A stretch of DNA of 64,000 bases, taken from Nitrospirota bacterium. GTDB lineage: Bacteria; Nitrospirota; Nitrospiria; JACQCE01. How positions within the stretch are numbered: the stretch's first letter is position 1; every line of letters begins with the position of its first letter. Both the position numbers and the translations under genes were made by a program. This document shows, one piece after another, positions 43,228 to 53,273 of the stretch. The stretch lies in NCBI GenBank assembly GCA_016201765.1, contig JACQCE010000012.1, forward strand, positions 8,136 to 72,135, given 5' to 3'. The notes under the pieces were generated by a model. That model worked only from the letters and a program-made list of their open reading frames with translations, ran no database searches and had not been told where the DNA came from.

Positions 43228-43989
43228 ATGTTTCGTGATAAAAAAGTCATTGTGGTGATGCCGGCCTACAATGCCGAATTGACGCTGCGCAAGACGCATG
43301 AGGAGGTTCTCGGACAAGACCTGGTCGATCTGATCATTCTCGTTGATGATGGCAGCCGGGATCAGACTGCCGAGCTTGCACGGAGCCTTCCCCGCACCAA
43401 GGTGTGCGTTCATGATCGTAATCGAGGTTACGGGGCCAATCAGAAAACCTGCTATCGAATAGCTTTGGAGGAAGGCGGGGAGATCATCATCATGGTCCAC
43501 CCGGATTATCAATATACGCCGAAGCTGATCCCGGTCATGGCCGCGATAATCGGGAATGAGCTATATCCCTGCGTGCTGGGATCGAGAATTCTCGGTGGGT
43601 ATGCCCTGAAGGGAGGAATGCCTCTATGGAAATATGTCGCCAATCGCGCGTTGACCTTCGTGGAGAACATTCTGCTCGGAGCCAAACTGTCGGAATACCA
43701 TACGGGCTATCGGGCGTTTTCCCGCCAGTTGCTGGAACAACTGCCGTTTCACTCCAATTCCGACGATTTTTTGTTTGATAACCAGCTGCTGGCCCAAATC
43801 CTGTGGCGGGGTTGCACGATTGGAGAAGTCAGTTGCCCGACCCGTTATTTTCCCGAAGCGTCTTCGATCAATTTCAGGCGAAGTGTGGTCTACGGTGCGG
43901 GGTGTCTCATGACGGCGATCATATTTCGTGCGGCAAAGATGGGGCTGATGACCTCATCGATCTTCCCTGCCGACCGCCAGGAGCCTTAG
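43228..43989 (+). CDS. GT2 glycosyltransferase (polyprenol-phosphate sugar synthase-like)
   Basis: VVMPAYNAE, VDDGSRD and HPDYQY (DxD-type region) motifs. Confidence 0.85.
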   Translation: MFRDKKVIVVMPAYNAELTLRKTHEEVLGQDLVDLIILVDDGSRDQTAELARSLPRTKVCVHDRNRGYGANQKTCYRIALEEGGEIIIMVHPDYQYTPKLIPVMAAIIGNELYPCVLGSRILGGYALKGGMPLWKYVANRALTFVENILLGAKLSEYHTGYRAFSRQLLEQLPFHSNSDDFLFDNQLLAQILWRGCTIGEVSCPTRYFPEASSINFRRSVVYGAGCLMTAIIFRAAKMGLMTSSIFPADRQEP

Positions 43990-44200
43990 CGAGTTGTGGT
44001 GAGTCAGGACGATGCCAATCGGCTTGAGAAGCTGTTCCATGATTTAAGATCCCGCGTCCTGAAAACTTTTCCGTCACCATCGTCGTCTTTATGCTTGATG
44101 GCGGAACTGGACACGATGCGTACGCCTCATGTTCTTGCCCTGAGATTGCTTGTTAAGGTGGAAAAGAATGATGAAACTTTCGTAACAACACGCTAAATTC

Positions 44201-46027
44201 ATGGAAGAATTTTCCCGTTTCAATCGGCGATCACGCTCCCTTTTTATCAGCTTGCTGCTGATGGTGATCACCATCACGGTGTTTTGGCCGGTGGGAGAGC
44301 ACGGTTTTATCGCTTATGACGACGATCAGTACGTCACCGAGAACCGTCAGGTCCAGCAGGGCGTAACTCTCCAGGGAGTCCAATGGGCTTTTACAACCGT
44401 CCGCGCCGGCAACTGGCATCCGCTGACCTGGCTGTCCCATATGCTCGATGTGGATCTCTATGGGATGTCTCCCGCCGGGCATCATCTGACCAACCTGTTG
44501 CTCCATGTGGGCAACGTATTGCTGTTGTTGGGAGTGTTAAGGCGGTTGACCGGAGCGTTGTGGCCCAGCGCCTTCGTCGCGGCCCTTTTTGCGGTGCACC
44601 CCCTGCATGTCGAGTCCGTGGCCTGGATCGCCGAGCGCAAGGATGTCTTGAGCGCGCTGTTCTGGCTGCTGACGCTGTGGGCCTATCTTTGTTATACCGA
44701 ACAGCCGGGTGTGCGGAGATATCTGCTGGTGGTGCTGACGTTTGCAGCGGGGCTGCTGGCCAAGCCGATGCTGGTGACCCTGCCGTTTGTGCTGCTGTTG
44801 CTGGATTACTGGCCGCTGGGGCGTTTCCCGTCTGGGCAATGGAGCGCACCGGCGAAGCGTTGGCAGATATGGAGGCTGATGCGTGAGAAGGCGCCGCTGG
44901 CGGTCCTGTCCTTCGCTTCCTGTATGGTGACATATGCTGCTCAGCAAGCAGGGGGGGCGATTAAGACATTTGGTGTAATTTCTTTGTCGGCACGTATTGA
45001 AAACGCCCTTGTCGCCTATGTCAGCTATATTGGGTTGCTTCTCTGGCCTCACAACCTGGCGGTCTTCTATCCACACCCCGGCCCGACGTTGCCGCTCTGG
45101 CAGGTGGCGGGGGCGGTCGTGGCGTTGGGCGGCGTGACGCTCCTCGTGCTGCTTGCGGGGAAGCGATTGCCCTATCTGGCCGTGGGTTGGTTCTGGTATC
45201 TGGGGACTCTTGTCCCCGTGATCGGACTCGTTCAGGTCGGGGGCCAAGCGATGGCGGATCGGTATACCTATCTGCCGTTTACCGGCCTGTTCATCATCAT
45301 CGCCTGGGGCGTCTCCGACCTGACGGCCGGATGGCGCCATCAAAAACGCGTGCTGGCGTTGGTGGCCGTCGGGGTGTTGACCGTGTTGGTCGCGGCAGCG
45401 TGGGTGCAGATAGGGTATTGGCGCACCAGCGTCACGCTCTTTGAACATGCTCTTGAAGTGACGGGCGGCAACTACGTGGCGCATAACGGTCTGGCGAATG
45501 AACTTGCCAGACAGGGCAGGCTCAAAGAGGCTGAAGATCAGTATCTGCAAGCGTTACAAATTAAGCCGGATTTTGCGGAAGCGCACAATAATTTTGGATT
45601 GCTGCTGGCCCAGCAGGGGAAGCTCGAAATCGCCGTTGCACACTACTCCAAGGCCCTGTGGCTGGAGCCCAATCTTGCAAGAGCCCACTACAACTTGGGT
45701 ATCGTCCTGGCCCAGCAGGATAAATTTTACGAGGCCGGCGCCCATTACACACAGGCCATTCTGTCGATGCCGGATTTTGCCGATGCGTACAACAATCTGG
45801 GCATTGTGCTGGCCCGGCAGGGAAAGCTTGATGAGGCAATGAGCCATTTTAGGGAAGCGCTCCGTCTACGCCCAGATCTGATACCGGCGCATAACAATCT
45901 CGGGCAGGTTTTGGCCAAGCAGGGCAAGTACGATGAGGCCAACCACCATTTACTCGAAGCCTTGCGCCTCGGCGCCCAAGCACGAGAGCGTGCACGGTCA
46001 CTCGGTGCTGGTCCTGATCCGCGGTAA
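44201..46027 (+). CDS. GT-C-type polytopic membrane protein with C-terminal TPR array (PMT/TMTC-like), paralog 1
   Basis: First-loop acidic motif FIAYDDDQYV, about 10 TM segments, conserved GQAMADRYTYLP, and at least 6 TPR units. Confidence 0.75.
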   Translation: MEEFSRFNRRSRSLFISLLLMVITITVFWPVGEHGFIAYDDDQYVTENRQVQQGVTLQGVQWAFTTVRAGNWHPLTWLSHMLDVDLYGMSPAGHHLTNLLLHVGNVLLLLGVLRRLTGALWPSAFVAALFAVHPLHVESVAWIAERKDVLSALFWLLTLWAYLCYTEQPGVRRYLLVVLTFAAGLLAKPMLVTLPFVLLLLDYWPLGRFPSGQWSAPAKRWQIWRLMREKAPLAVLSFASCMVTYAAQQAGGAIKTFGVISLSARIENALVAYVSYIGLLLWPHNLAVFYPHPGPTLPLWQVAGAVVALGGVTLLVLLAGKRLPYLAVGWFWYLGTLVPVIGLVQVGGQAMADRYTYLPFTGLFIIIAWGVSDLTAGWRHQKRVLALVAVGVLTVLVAAAWVQIGYWRTSVTLFEHALEVTGGNYVAHNGLANELARQGRLKEAEDQYLQALQIKPDFAEAHNNFGLLLAQQGKLEIAVAHYSKALWLEPNLARAHYNLGIVLAQQDKFYEAGAHYTQAILSMPDFADAYNNLGIVLARQGKLDEAMSHFREALRLRPDLIPAHNNLGQVLAKQGKYDEANHHLLEALRLGAQARERARSLGAGPDPR

Positions 46028-46137
46028 GATCGCAGGGGCGCTCAATCATACTTCCCGGAGGCTGCTGCTTCTGCGCACGGATGTCCCGGCGGCCCGGCGT
46101 GTGAAATTTAAACGGTTCATATAAACTCGTGCTTAAG

Positions 46138-48120
46138 ATGACTGCACATCCACCGGTCAAGACAGCCTTTGCCGTTCTGCGTCGTCGCCCTGTGGCGGTC
46201 CTGAGCCTGTTGTTGATGGTGGGCACCCTGATCGTCTTCTGGCCGGTGCGTCATAATGAATTCATCGATTATGACGATCATCTCTATGTCTCGGAGAATC
46301 CCCATCTCCGTGACGGCCTGACCTGGGCAGGCGTCCGGTGGGCGTCCACGGCCGATTTGACGGCCGATTCGCCGAATGCGGACTACTGGATTCCGGCGAC
46401 GTTTCTCTCTCATCTGATCGTGATTCAACTGTTCGGGATGGACCCGGCCGCCCACCATCTGGCGAACGTCCTCCTGCACGCCCTGAATGCCATGCTGCTG
46501 TTTGTGCTCCTGCAGAGGATGACCGGGTCGACGTGGCCCAGCGCCTTCGTCGCCGCCCTCTTCGCGGTTCATCCGCTCCACGTGGAGTCCGTGGCGTGGG
46601 TCAGTGAGCGCAAGGATGTGCTGAGCGGACTGTTTTTCATGCTGACGCTCTGGGCCTACGTGCGGTACGTGGAGCGCCCCGCGCTCCATCGGTATCTCGC
46701 GGTGGTCCTGGTCTTTGCGTTGGGGTTGATGGCCAAGCCCATGCTGGTCACCGTTCCGTGTCTGTTGCTGCTGCTTGATTACTGGCCGCTCCACCGTATT
46801 CCCGCAACTGCGGTGCAGGGCCGGGGGCGGGTGTGGTGGCGCCTGGCACGGGAGAAAGTGCCCCTGTTCGCGCTGGCCGCGGCCTCCGCCGTGATCACGC
46901 TTTTGGCCGCACAGCGGGAGGGCGTGGTGCATTCGTTTGGGGAGACACCGGCATCGGTGCGCCTCGGGAACGTGCTGGTCTCCTATGTGAGCTACATCGG
47001 CAGGATGATCTGGCCGCATGATCTGGCGGTGCTCTATCCCTATCCGCGCGGAGGTGTTCCCGCATGGCAGGCGGCGGGAGCGGGTGTGCTGCTCGTGTGC
47101 ATCTCCCTTGTTGCCATAAGAGAACGGCGGCGTCGGCCGTATCTGATCGCGGGGTGGCTGTGGTATCTTGTCGCGCTTGTGCCGGTAATCGGTTTGGTGC
47201 AGGCGGGTGTGCAGGCCATGGCGGATCGGTATACCTACCTTCCGCTGATCGGGCTGTTCATCCTGGCGGCCTGGGGCCTGTCCGGCCTGCTGGCGTCCTT
47301 GCGGTATCGTCAGGTTCTCCTGTCCGGTGCGGCGATCGGCACACTGGCCTTCTGTATCGTGATGGTGCAGGGGGATCTTCGCTACTGGCGCAATGACGCC
47401 ACGCTGTTCGAGCAGGCCCTCCGCGTGACGGAGGGCAATTACATCGCATACAACAACGTCGGCATTGATTTGGTCAATGCCGGCAGGCTTGATGACGCGC
47501 GCAATCATTTTCAGCGGGCGATTGAGATTAATCCCGATTTCGCCCTGGCCCATAACAATCTGGGAACCGTGTTGGCGGCTCAGGGCCGGCATGATGAGGC
47601 CATTCGCCACTTTGCCGAAGCCCTCCGGCTCGCCCCCGGCCTCGTCGAGGCGAAGCGGAACCTGGGAAACGAGCTGGCTCAACGGGGTGACACCGATGCG
47701 GCGATCGACCTGCTGACGGACGCGATTCGCCTCGACCCGGATTTCGCCCAAACGCACAGCGATCTGGGCTCGGTGTTGTTGAAGCTTGGCCGGCGTGATG
47801 ACGCCATCGCGCAGTTGGCCGAAGCCATGCGATTGAACCCCAATCTGGCGCTCGCGCACAACACACTCGGAATGGCGCTCGGCAACCGGGGACGATTTGA
47901 AGAGGCGATCGCACAATTTACTGAAGCGGTGCGTCTTGATCCGGGGCTGGCGCCGGCGCACAATAATCTGGGGATCGCCTATGACAAACTGGGACGGTCC
48001 GGCGAGGCCGTGCAGGAATTTGAGATCGCGCTCAGGCTCGACCCGTCGTTTTCCGAGGCGCGGATGAATCTCAATAGAGTTTTTCAAACACAACACAAGG
48101 CGGGGAAGGCGGCTCCTTGA
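46138..48120 (+). CDS. GT-C-type membrane protein with TPR array, paralog 2
   Basis: FIDYDDHLYV, VQAMADRYTYLP and at least 7 TPR units. Collinear with paralogs 1 and 3. Confidence 0.75.
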   Translation: MTAHPPVKTAFAVLRRRPVAVLSLLLMVGTLIVFWPVRHNEFIDYDDHLYVSENPHLRDGLTWAGVRWASTADLTADSPNADYWIPATFLSHLIVIQLFGMDPAAHHLANVLLHALNAMLLFVLLQRMTGSTWPSAFVAALFAVHPLHVESVAWVSERKDVLSGLFFMLTLWAYVRYVERPALHRYLAVVLVFALGLMAKPMLVTVPCLLLLLDYWPLHRIPATAVQGRGRVWWRLAREKVPLFALAAASAVITLLAAQREGVVHSFGETPASVRLGNVLVSYVSYIGRMIWPHDLAVLYPYPRGGVPAWQAAGAGVLLVCISLVAIRERRRRPYLIAGWLWYLVALVPVIGLVQAGVQAMADRYTYLPLIGLFILAAWGLSGLLASLRYRQVLLSGAAIGTLAFCIVMVQGDLRYWRNDATLFEQALRVTEGNYIAYNNVGIDLVNAGRLDDARNHFQRAIEINPDFALAHNNLGTVLAAQGRHDEAIRHFAEALRLAPGLVEAKRNLGNELAQRGDTDAAIDLLTDAIRLDPDFAQTHSDLGSVLLKLGRRDDAIAQLAEAMRLNPNLALAHNTLGMALGNRGRFEEAIAQFTEAVRLDPGLAPAHNNLGIAYDKLGRSGEAVQEFEIALRLDPSFSEARMNLNRVFQTQHKAGKAAP

Positions 48121-48123
48121 TCG

Positions 48124-48261
48124 GGTAGTGGGTCAGTTTGATGGATTCCACCGTGGCAAAAATAGGGACACGTCCCAATTTCCTCGTGCGACGCACGGCA
48201 CGCAACGAAATTGGGACGTGTCCCTATTTTTAGCCGGTCGCGGTGAAACTGACCCACTACC
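48124..48261 (+). mobile_element. MITE-like element, copy 6 (138 bp); centre inverted relative to the other copies
   Basis: Same arm orientation as copy 5, but the 26-nt centre is its reverse complement (25 of 26). Flanks CTTGATCG / CCTGATCG match 7 of 8. Confidence 0.9.
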
Positions 48262-48355
48262 CCTGATCGTCCATCGTTGACGTGGCGCTTTATCTTCGGG
48301 CGGTTGTCATGATGCCAGCCGGTTTGCTGCTGAGGACGTGGCGCGGGTCCCTTCT

Positions 48356-48409
48356 GTAAAAACAGCCGCTCCCCGCGGGCTTCCGTTCAAAGCGAACCCG
48401 CGGGGAGCG
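48356..48409 (-). terminator. Rho-independent terminator of the DEAD-box helicase 2 gene
   Basis: 13-bp stem CGCTCCCCGCGGG / CCCGCGGGGAGCG, followed on the minus strand by GGCTGTTTTT. Confidence 0.7.
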
Positions 48410-48430
48410 ACTGATGCTGTTACTCGGTGA

Positions 48431-49846
48431 TCAGTTTGACGACCAGCGGCGCCAGGAGCCGCCTGCCACAGGCTGCCGATCGGCAGGTTTGTGACCGTGC
48501 CCCTCTTGCCCGTTTCGCGCCGGACCTGGCCCCTGGTGCGGGGCCGAATCCGCCCGGGGAGACCGGAGCGATCGCTCATTGCCCTGGGCGAACCGTGGGG
48601 CGCCCCGTTCGGAGAACCTGCGTGATGGTCCTTGACGGTGGGCGGCCCCGGAGTTTCTCCCTGCATGGCGCCCTTCGCGCCGGGGTTGAAACGAGCGTTT
48701 CGGCGCGTCCGTCCCGGTGTCGGGACGGTGCTCAAACCCTTCAACCGTGGATTGAGGGATTTTCTCGCCGATCAGCCGTTCGATCTCGCGCAGCTGCTCC
48801 CGTTCGTGCGGGGCAACCAGGGAAATGGCATCCCCGGCCGCTTCGGCCCGGGCCGTCCGGCCGATCCGGTGGACATAATCCTCCGGCACCTCCGGCAGCT
48901 CATAATTCACCACGTGAGAGATGCCTTTCACGTCCAAGCCGCGCGCGGCCAGATTGGTGGCCACAAGCACCTGGATGGAACCGCGCCGGAAGGCCTCCAG
49001 CGCCTTGGTGCGGGCCGCCTGGCTTTTATTGCCGTGGATGGCCGCGACCCGCTTGCCCGTCCGCTCCAGCTGGCCGGCCAGATGGTCGGCCCGGTGTTTG
49101 GTCCGGGTAAAGACCAGCACCTGCCCCATCTGCTCCTTGTCGATCAGATGAACCAGCAGATCGCGCTTCCGGGCGGTGTCGATGGAATAAACCACCTGTC
49201 GCACGTTCTTGGCCGTTGTGCCCTGCCGGGCGATCTCGATCACGGTCGGCTGTTTGAGGATTTCATTGGCCAGCCGCTGGACTTCCGGCGGCATCGTCGC
49301 CGAAAAGAAGAGCGTCTGGCGCTGCGTCGGCAGCGTTTTCAGGATCGTCCTGACGTCGGGCAGAAAGCCCATGTCGAGCATCCGGTCCGCCTCGTCAATC
49401 ACCAGCACCTCGAGCGCGTTGTAGCGCACGAGCCCCTGGCGCATGTGATCCAATAATCGCCCGGGTGTGGCGACCAGAATATCGACGCCGTTGCGCAGCG
49501 CCTGGATCTGCGGCGCGTAGCCGACGCCGCCATAGACGACCGCCGTGCGCAGCCGCAGGAACCGGCCGTAGGTTTTGATGCTGTCGGAGACCTGTGCGGC
49601 CAGCTCGCGCGTGGGCACGAGCACCAGCACGCGGAGCGACGGCGATTTGCCCGCCATCAGCCGGTGGAGGATCGGCAGGGTGAAGCCGGCGGTCTTGCCG
49701 GTGCCGGTCTGCGCGCAGCCGATCAGATCCTTGCCGTCCAGAATGGCGGGAATCGCCTTGGCCTGGATCGGGGTCGGGGTTTCGTAGTTTTTCGCCTTGA
49801 CGGCGCGGATAATTTCCGGGGCAAGCCCCAGTGTGTCAAATGACAT
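48431..49846 (-). CDS. DEAD-box ATP-dependent RNA helicase, second copy
   Basis: AQTGTGKT, VIDEADRM, SAT and HRIGRTARAE motifs with a basic C-tail. ATG 49846 chosen. Confidence 0.92.
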   Translation of the reverse strand: MSFDTLGLAPEIIRAVKAKNYETPTPIQAKAIPAILDGKDLIGCAQTGTGKTAGFTLPILHRLMAGKSPSLRVLVLVPTRELAAQVSDSIKTYGRFLRLRTAVVYGGVGYAPQIQALRNGVDILVATPGRLLDHMRQGLVRYNALEVLVIDEADRMLDMGFLPDVRTILKTLPTQRQTLFFSATMPPEVQRLANEILKQPTVIEIARQGTTAKNVRQVVYSIDTARKRDLLVHLIDKEQMGQVLVFTRTKHRADHLAGQLERTGKRVAAIHGNKSQAARTKALEAFRRGSIQVLVATNLAARGLDVKGISHVVNYELPEVPEDYVHRIGRTARAEAAGDAISLVAPHEREQLREIERLIGEKIPQSTVEGFEHRPDTGTDAPKRSFQPRREGRHAGRNSGAAHRQGPSRRFSERGAPRFAQGNERSLRSPRADSAPHQGPGPARNGQEGHGHKPADRQPVAGGSWRRWSSN

Positions 49847-50090
49847 ACGTGTACTGACTCCTTGTTGTGTGCGGGACCGCAGTCCCGTCATGTGTGCACA
49901 AGGACAGAGAGAGGCGAGTGGGCGCCGTCACGATGACAGAACCCAGCCTTCAGGCCTTGTGCCTGGATTGAGGAACCGTTAAGAAGTGTGGTGGTCGATC
50001 GGTGAAATCTGAAGGACCGGACTTCTGAGGAGGGATCGTGCGTACTGCCGTGGAGCGGATACCGCCTCGGGGTTCGTCAAAACTAGTGTA

Positions 50091-50120
50091 ACTATAGCAT
50101 GCCAGCGGGCAGTTCCGCAA
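50091..50120 (-). promoter_or_regulatory. Sigma-70-like promoter TTGCGG-18-TATAGT for helicase 2
   Basis: Read on the minus strand. It implies a 5' UTR of roughly 235 nt. Confidence 0.3.
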
Positions 50121-50221
50121 CTTCTTTATGGGTGCTTCGTTCTCCCGCCGATGGAATGGCCTGATTTCTCTTTAAAATTGACAGAGGGGGTTTTCCTGCT
50201 ACCCTTACGGAGAAGGCTGCC

Positions 50222-51679
50222 ATGGAAGATCAAACACTGAGTATCAACCGCCGCTCACTGCTCATTCTGCTGCTGGGGTTCTTCTGGCTGCTTGTCTGGC
50301 ACCATTTTTCTCAATTGGACGGCCGATTTTTTCAGCCGTCTCTCAATGGCATCAAGGGATTAGTCTGGTATGAAATCGGCGATTATACGAGGGCAGCCGA
50401 TGCCTATCGCGCTCATCTGCGGGCAGCCTCATTGAATCTCCTGGAAATGGGTGATGTCACGGCAGCCAGGCAACAGGCTGAGCGGGCGCTGACTGGCAAT
50501 CCCCGTGATGTCGATGCCTTGCTCGATTTGGCGGAATTGTCCATTGAGGGTGGTCAACTGGAGCAGGCGCAGGGCTATTTGGCTCGAGTTCTCGACGTCA
50601 GGGTTGATCATTATGACGCGTTGTTGTTGTCCGCCGTGGCCCATGCCAGGGCCAAGCGGTACGGAGAAGCGGTGAATGCCCTCAATCGCGCATTGCGTCA
50701 CGGCCTGATCGAGAATCGGCCCACTTCATTTCTCTGGATGTTGCGGGTGACTGGTGAGTTGACGGATCTCCCAAAGCAGGAACGTCCGGCCTGCATGCTG
50801 GCATATGCTCACCGCTATCTGAGAATTTTTGACGAGTCGCACGCCCGTGTAGCGAAATCTTGGGCTGCCCAGGCGATTCGCGCCGGAGACCACGCCGACG
50901 ATGCCTACGTGACGCTGGGTGTGATCGATGACAAAGAAGGCGATCAGGAGAAAGCTCTGGACGAGTTTCAAAAAGCCCTTGAGGTGAACCCCGGCAATAT
51001 TTATGCGCGCACAACGGCGGCTCGACTCTACTCGGAGCGCGGGGATCTGACCAGCGAATATCAAATGCTCAAGGGGGCCTATGAGCATGCCCCAACGGAC
51101 GGCTACGTGGTGTCGGCGTACAGCCACCTGCTGTCCGAGAAGCTGGCCGATTACAGGCAGGCGCTCACCGTTGCCCAGGCAGCGGTGGACCGTGATCCGG
51201 ACAATCCTGAGCTGCTCAGTGCGGCGGCGTATCTGTATAAATTCATGGGCGATCATGCGCGCGCGCTTGAGTACTACAAACAAACGGTCGCACAGGATCC
51301 AACCAACGCCGAAGCCCATGAGATGATCGCCCATATTCTGGGATTTGCTTTGGGAAAGCAAGATGAAGCGATTGAGGTCTATCACACCGCGTTGGCATTG
51401 GATCCTTCCCGCTCGGGCATCTATACAGGACTCGGCAGTCTCTATTCCTACAAAGGCGACGTACGGCAGGCGATCACCTTCTATGAACTGGCGTTTCAAC
51501 ATGGGGCTCAAACGACGGGAGACATGCTGAGCCTGTGCAGCATCTATTTTAAGGCCGGAGAGTTTCAAAAGACGGCGGACTGCACCAATCGTGTGCTGGC
51601 GCTGAATCCAAACGACCTGGGAGCCGCCAAGATTCGATCGTTTGCGGTTCAAAACCTTCCCGCTGCGAAGGCGTCATGA
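50222..51679 (+). CDS. Membrane-anchored TPR-repeat protein
   Basis: N-terminal TM (LLILLLGFFWLLVW) followed by many TPR-like helix pairs. Confidence 0.7.
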   Translation: MEDQTLSINRRSLLILLLGFFWLLVWHHFSQLDGRFFQPSLNGIKGLVWYEIGDYTRAADAYRAHLRAASLNLLEMGDVTAARQQAERALTGNPRDVDALLDLAELSIEGGQLEQAQGYLARVLDVRVDHYDALLLSAVAHARAKRYGEAVNALNRALRHGLIENRPTSFLWMLRVTGELTDLPKQERPACMLAYAHRYLRIFDESHARVAKSWAAQAIRAGDHADDAYVTLGVIDDKEGDQEKALDEFQKALEVNPGNIYARTTAARLYSERGDLTSEYQMLKGAYEHAPTDGYVVSAYSHLLSEKLADYRQALTVAQAAVDRDPDNPELLSAAAYLYKFMGDHARALEYYKQTVAQDPTNAEAHEMIAHILGFALGKQDEAIEVYHTALALDPSRSGIYTGLGSLYSYKGDVRQAITFYELAFQHGAQTTGDMLSLCSIYFKAGEFQKTADCTNRVLALNPNDLGAAKIRSFAVQNLPAAKAS

Positions 51680-51710
51680 TGCGATTGCCGCACGTTGGAG
51701 CCGGCAGGTG

Positions 51711-52799
51711 ATGATGCGTCCCTGGATGCTCAAAGCCAAATATGCGCTCTTCGTTGGTTTATGCCTCTGGGCGATGGCATTGCAACTGCGCTACCGGATT
51801 GTCGGGGACGCGGTCGTGCCGTTTCTGCCGTGGATCGGAATCGGGTTGAGTATTGTCGGCTCGATGTTGTTTCTCAATTATTTCCTGCTGCAGATTCCTC
51901 CCGACCATCCGATTCGTACGGTTGCGCGGTGGATCGATCGGGGCGCGACGACGGTCATGGTGCTGTACGTGGGCTACAGCCTGTTTCTCTCCGCCAACGC
52001 GGTGGCGAGCCAGTCAACGGTTGTTGTGCATCGGTCGGAAATTGTCTCGATCTCCGGTGCGGACATCGATCTGGGAGCGGTCATCCCCTATAGTTGGGCC
52101 ACAGTGCGGTCATTGGAGGGATTGGGGGAGGGGTTGGGGAGTGGGACGGGGACAACAAGGAATGTGTTGTTGACGGTTCGCGAGCGACGGCGGCTGTGGG
52201 GTGGGGAAGCGGTGTTGGTGTATCTGCGCGAGGGGGCCTTCGGCACACCATGGGTCGTCCGAATCGAGCGGGACGAAGACCATTATGCGCGCGAGGTACT
52301 GAAGGCGGCCCCGACGGCCGCGAGCGCCTGGCGCAATCTGATCAAGGGGTTTATTGCCCGGCAACAATGGGGTGAAGCCGTGGCCAGTGCCCGAAAATAC
52401 CTGGAGATCTATCCCGCCGATTACTCGTTTGCCCATGACATGGGCACCTGGTTGGTCAGCGCCCGCCATGCCAACGATCGAGTGTTTTTCCTCGAACAGA
52501 TCAGTCGTCATCAGCCCGATTATGAGAATGACCAACTGCTGGGATTTGCCTACCTCCAGGCTGGACAGACGCAGAAGGCGGTGGAAACCTTCCAGGCTTC
52601 AATTCCACTCAAGCCCAAAGATTGGGAGGCGTATTACCACTTGGGTCTGATCGATCTCCAGCAATTGGGCAAGTATCAAGAGGCGGTCGATCTTTTTAAT
52701 CAAGTCCTGCAGTTTATCCCGCATTTTCCAATGATTGAACGGTATCGCGACGAAGCCCAGCAAAAACTTTCCGCGCAGATGCAACAGCGGATGCATTAA
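51711..52799 (+). CDS. Membrane protein with C-terminal TPR repeats
   Basis: Three N-terminal TM segments and TPR units at the C-terminus. ATG 51711 chosen. Confidence 0.6.
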   Translation: MMRPWMLKAKYALFVGLCLWAMALQLRYRIVGDAVVPFLPWIGIGLSIVGSMLFLNYFLLQIPPDHPIRTVARWIDRGATTVMVLYVGYSLFLSANAVASQSTVVVHRSEIVSISGADIDLGAVIPYSWATVRSLEGLGEGLGSGTGTTRNVLLTVRERRRLWGGEAVLVYLREGAFGTPWVVRIERDEDHYAREVLKAAPTAASAWRNLIKGFIARQQWGEAVASARKYLEIYPADYSFAHDMGTWLVSARHANDRVFFLEQISRHQPDYENDQLLGFAYLQAGQTQKAVETFQASIPLKPKDWEAYYHLGLIDLQQLGKYQEAVDLFNQVLQFIPHFPMIERYRDEAQQKLSAQMQQRMH

Positions 52800-53273
52800 A
52801 GGTTCCGCGGCCACGGCCGGCTCAAACAGGTCACGCGCTCCACATTTCCACCAACATCAACGTGCTGTCCCATTGGGTGTGTCGTTATTTGCGTGTCGCA
52901 TCCGACTGGGCGGGGTGTACAGCGTCGCGTTGAACGGGTCAGACGATCCAGCTCTTCGAGGCTCTTTCAAAAACCGCCCCGCCGCCCGCCGTGAACCGGC
53001 GAGGTTTGGCCGATATCCACGGCACTTTCGATCAGCCAAGTCAGACATGTTCCCTTTGTGGCGATTGCGCACAACTGATCAGTCTCTGATGTCAAACGCC
53101 ACTTGCAATTGACTGCCCAATAGCGTTAACTCGTACGCAATTCAGGGTCTCGATTCGACGATGATGAGCCGGATGATGATGACGTCCTGTCAGGGGCGAC
53201 ACAAGCGGAAGGCAGCCGCTGCGGGCGCTGACGGGGTTCGTCCACTCTCGGAAGCACAGGGGGGCCTGCCGGC

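Noticed and set aside
43996-44196. 66-aa ORF (GTG start) in the spacer between the first GT2 and the first GT-C/TPR gene.
   Set aside because: It has no SD and no motif, and lies in a stretch that looks lower in GC by eye than the flanking genes. There is not enough support to call it. It may be a remnant or a regulatory spacer.
46117-48096. 659-aa minus-strand ORF. Similar long antisense ORFs lie at 44537-45550, 54791-55909, 14699-16027, 1454-2572, 17239-18375, 18505-19536 and 19570-20640.
   Set aside because: All mirror well-supported plus-strand genes (the GT-C/TPR paralogs, the sigma-54 activator, the response regulator and nirBA). They are Arg/Pro/Gly/His-rich and lack start-site context, so they are treated as GC-driven shadow ORFs.
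52800-53273. 470-bp gene-free stretch inspected for tRNA, sRNA, a pseudogene or a repeat copy.
   Set aside because: No T-loop/anticodon-type signatures, no copy of any of the four repeat families, no convincing ORF remnant and no clear promoter/terminator pair. It is left unannotated.
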